Origin: a phage
DNA length: 64,000 nucleotides
Sequence record: PZ452583.1
Reading direction: 5' to 3' (one strand)
The notes under the pieces are model-generated. The model saw only the letters and a program-made list of their open reading frames with translations. It searched no databases and was not told where the DNA came from. Shown here piece after piece: positions 62,983-64,000 of this stretch. The stretch's first letter is position 1. Each line of letters opens with the position of its first letter. Made by a program: the position numbers and the translations under genes.

Positions 62983-63713
62983 TCACCTTTATAGTCTTTT
63001 TTCACAATATGAGTTTCGCCAGTATTCCACCAATGATCAACCAAGTAAAAATGACGAGAATATACATGAAGACTTCCGACATTCCATATAATAGAACCTG
63101 CTTTATACTGACGAGTTGAATCGCCGGCATTCAAATCAGATACTAATTTATCTAATACGTATTTTTGCCATGCATAATCATTACGGAATCCGAAGACCAC
63201 GTCATTTGAGCGCATGCTTACTACTGCATTGACTTTCTTATCACGAATCAGGTACTGTACTGTATTAGTACACATGAAATCTGACATACCATCTTTATTG
63301 TAGTCAAATTGCATGGATGGACGAGTATAAATCATGATACCACGTCGAGAATCAGGATTTTGACCAAGTTCAGCTAAACACATATCATACTGGGCATAGT
63401 TATCTTCTGACCAAATAGCCCAACCATAATTCGAGTTAATTTCGCCTTTAGAAGATGCTACCTGCTGCCAAATCTTTGGTGTTTCACCTGGAATATCTTT
63501 AACAAACAAGCTCTTAGATTTATACCATTCAAGTTCACGTTGAATGTATTCATCATTAAGAGCGCCAAAAATAAACGGTTCATCTGCTACAAATGATGCG
63601 CCAATAATTTCAATAGTTTTAACACCAGTTTTATCAACTACGAAATCTTTTTCTTTTAATGCAAGCCCCAAATGAAGACGGATTTCTTCAACTGTCATAG
63701 AGTCACTAATCAT
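62973..63713 (-). CDS. 42: gp42 dCMP hydroxymethylase
   Basis: 246 aa, equals T4 gp42; thymidylate-synthase-like fold. Confidence 0.93.
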   Translation of the reverse strand: MISDSMTVEEIRLHLGLALKEKDFVVDKTGVKTIEIIGASFVADEPFIFGALNDEYIQRELEWYKSKSLFVKDIPGETPKIWQQVASSKGEINSNYGWAIWSEDNYAQYDMCLAELGQNPDSRRGIMIYTRPSMQFDYNKDGMSDFMCTNTVQYLIRDKKVNAVVSMRSNDVVFGFRNDYAWQKYVLDKLVSDLNAGDSTRQYKAGSIIWNVGSLHVYSRHFYLVDHWWNTGETHIVKKDYKGEWK

Positions 63714-63720
63714 TTAAACC

Positions 63721-63870
63721 TCAATTGATACATTCATATTTAACTTGTAACAGTAATAAACCCCAACCTAAAATAATAGTTGGAATCATAAGAGGAACCG
63801 TTACACTATAGTATATACTTATTATAATCATCAAGATTAAAAGCAACACTGTTATAATTTTGCTTTTCAT
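63721..63870 (-). CDS. Small membrane protein (imm.1-like, 49 aa)
   Basis: AGAAGGA SD; hydrophobic; not in track. Confidence 0.5.
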   Translation of the reverse strand: MKSKIITVLLLILMIIISIYYSVTVPLMIPTIILGWGLLLLQVKYECIN

Positions 63871-64000
63871 TCCTTCTCTCTGATGATAATTACCTGATTT
63901 GGTTGTGCAGACTTTTTAGTTTCACCCGCAATTGACCAAATAAATGTAATAAACCAACCAATAATTGACCAGTTAAACAGTAAAGATGTGAAAAAGATTC
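63867..64000 (-). CDS. Membrane protein, 3' part only (runs off right edge; imm-like by position)
   Basis: Open frame from window edge ending in TGA overlapping downstream ATG; hydrophobic. Confidence 0.4.
   Translation of the reverse strand, partial: IFFTSLLFNWSIIGWFITFIWSIAGETKKSAQPNQVIIIREKE

Overview
This 64 kb window is a contiguous segment of a T4-like (T-even, Tequatrovirus-type) coliphage genome, collinear with the T4 map from the rIII/gene 31 region through gene 42. Identification rests on recalled protein sequences and exact length matches (gp34 1289 aa, holin t 218 aa, NrdA 754 aa, gp52 442 aa, rIIA 725 aa, rIIB 312 aa, Dda 439 aa, gp41 475 aa, gp61 342 aa, Dam 259 aa, Soc, AsiA, Arn, Stp, Dmd); no database search was possible. 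Gene order: 30.x, rIII, 31, cd, pseT, alc, rnlA(63), denA, nrdB, nrdA, td, frd, 32, 59, 33, dsbA, rnh on the minus strand; tail-fibre genes 34-35-36-37-38 and holin t on the plus strand; then asiA, arn, motA, 52, ac, stp, ndd, denB, rIIB, rIIA, 39, cef, dexA, dda, srd, modA, modB, soc, 56, dam, 61, sp, dmd, 41, 40, uvsX, a glycosyltransferase and 42 on the minus strand. It is not T4 itself and looks T2/T6-like: gene 39 is one 606-aa ORF (no gene 60 split), td and nrdB are intronless, there is no segF between 56 and soc, gp38 is a glycine-rich adhesin, and gp37 is long with a C-terminal autochaperone-like domain. Regulatory signals are dense: recurring GTTTAC/-10 early promoters on the minus strand, TATAAATA late promoters, MotA-box-like middle promoters, and UUCG-loop terminators. 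I found no clearly novel multi-gene system. The loci I would check first are a nuclease-like ORF translationally coupled to dam, with an antisense membrane ORF beside it; a 115-aa ORF between frd and td; a non-beta-gt glycosyltransferase at the beta-gt locus; and two tandem paralog arrays. Many ORF-track entries carry spurious N-terminal extensions from GTG/TTG starts; I corrected starts by codon arithmetic where an SD-preceded ATG was evident. Coordinates of elements read by hand from the sequence are approximate (about +/-2 nt).
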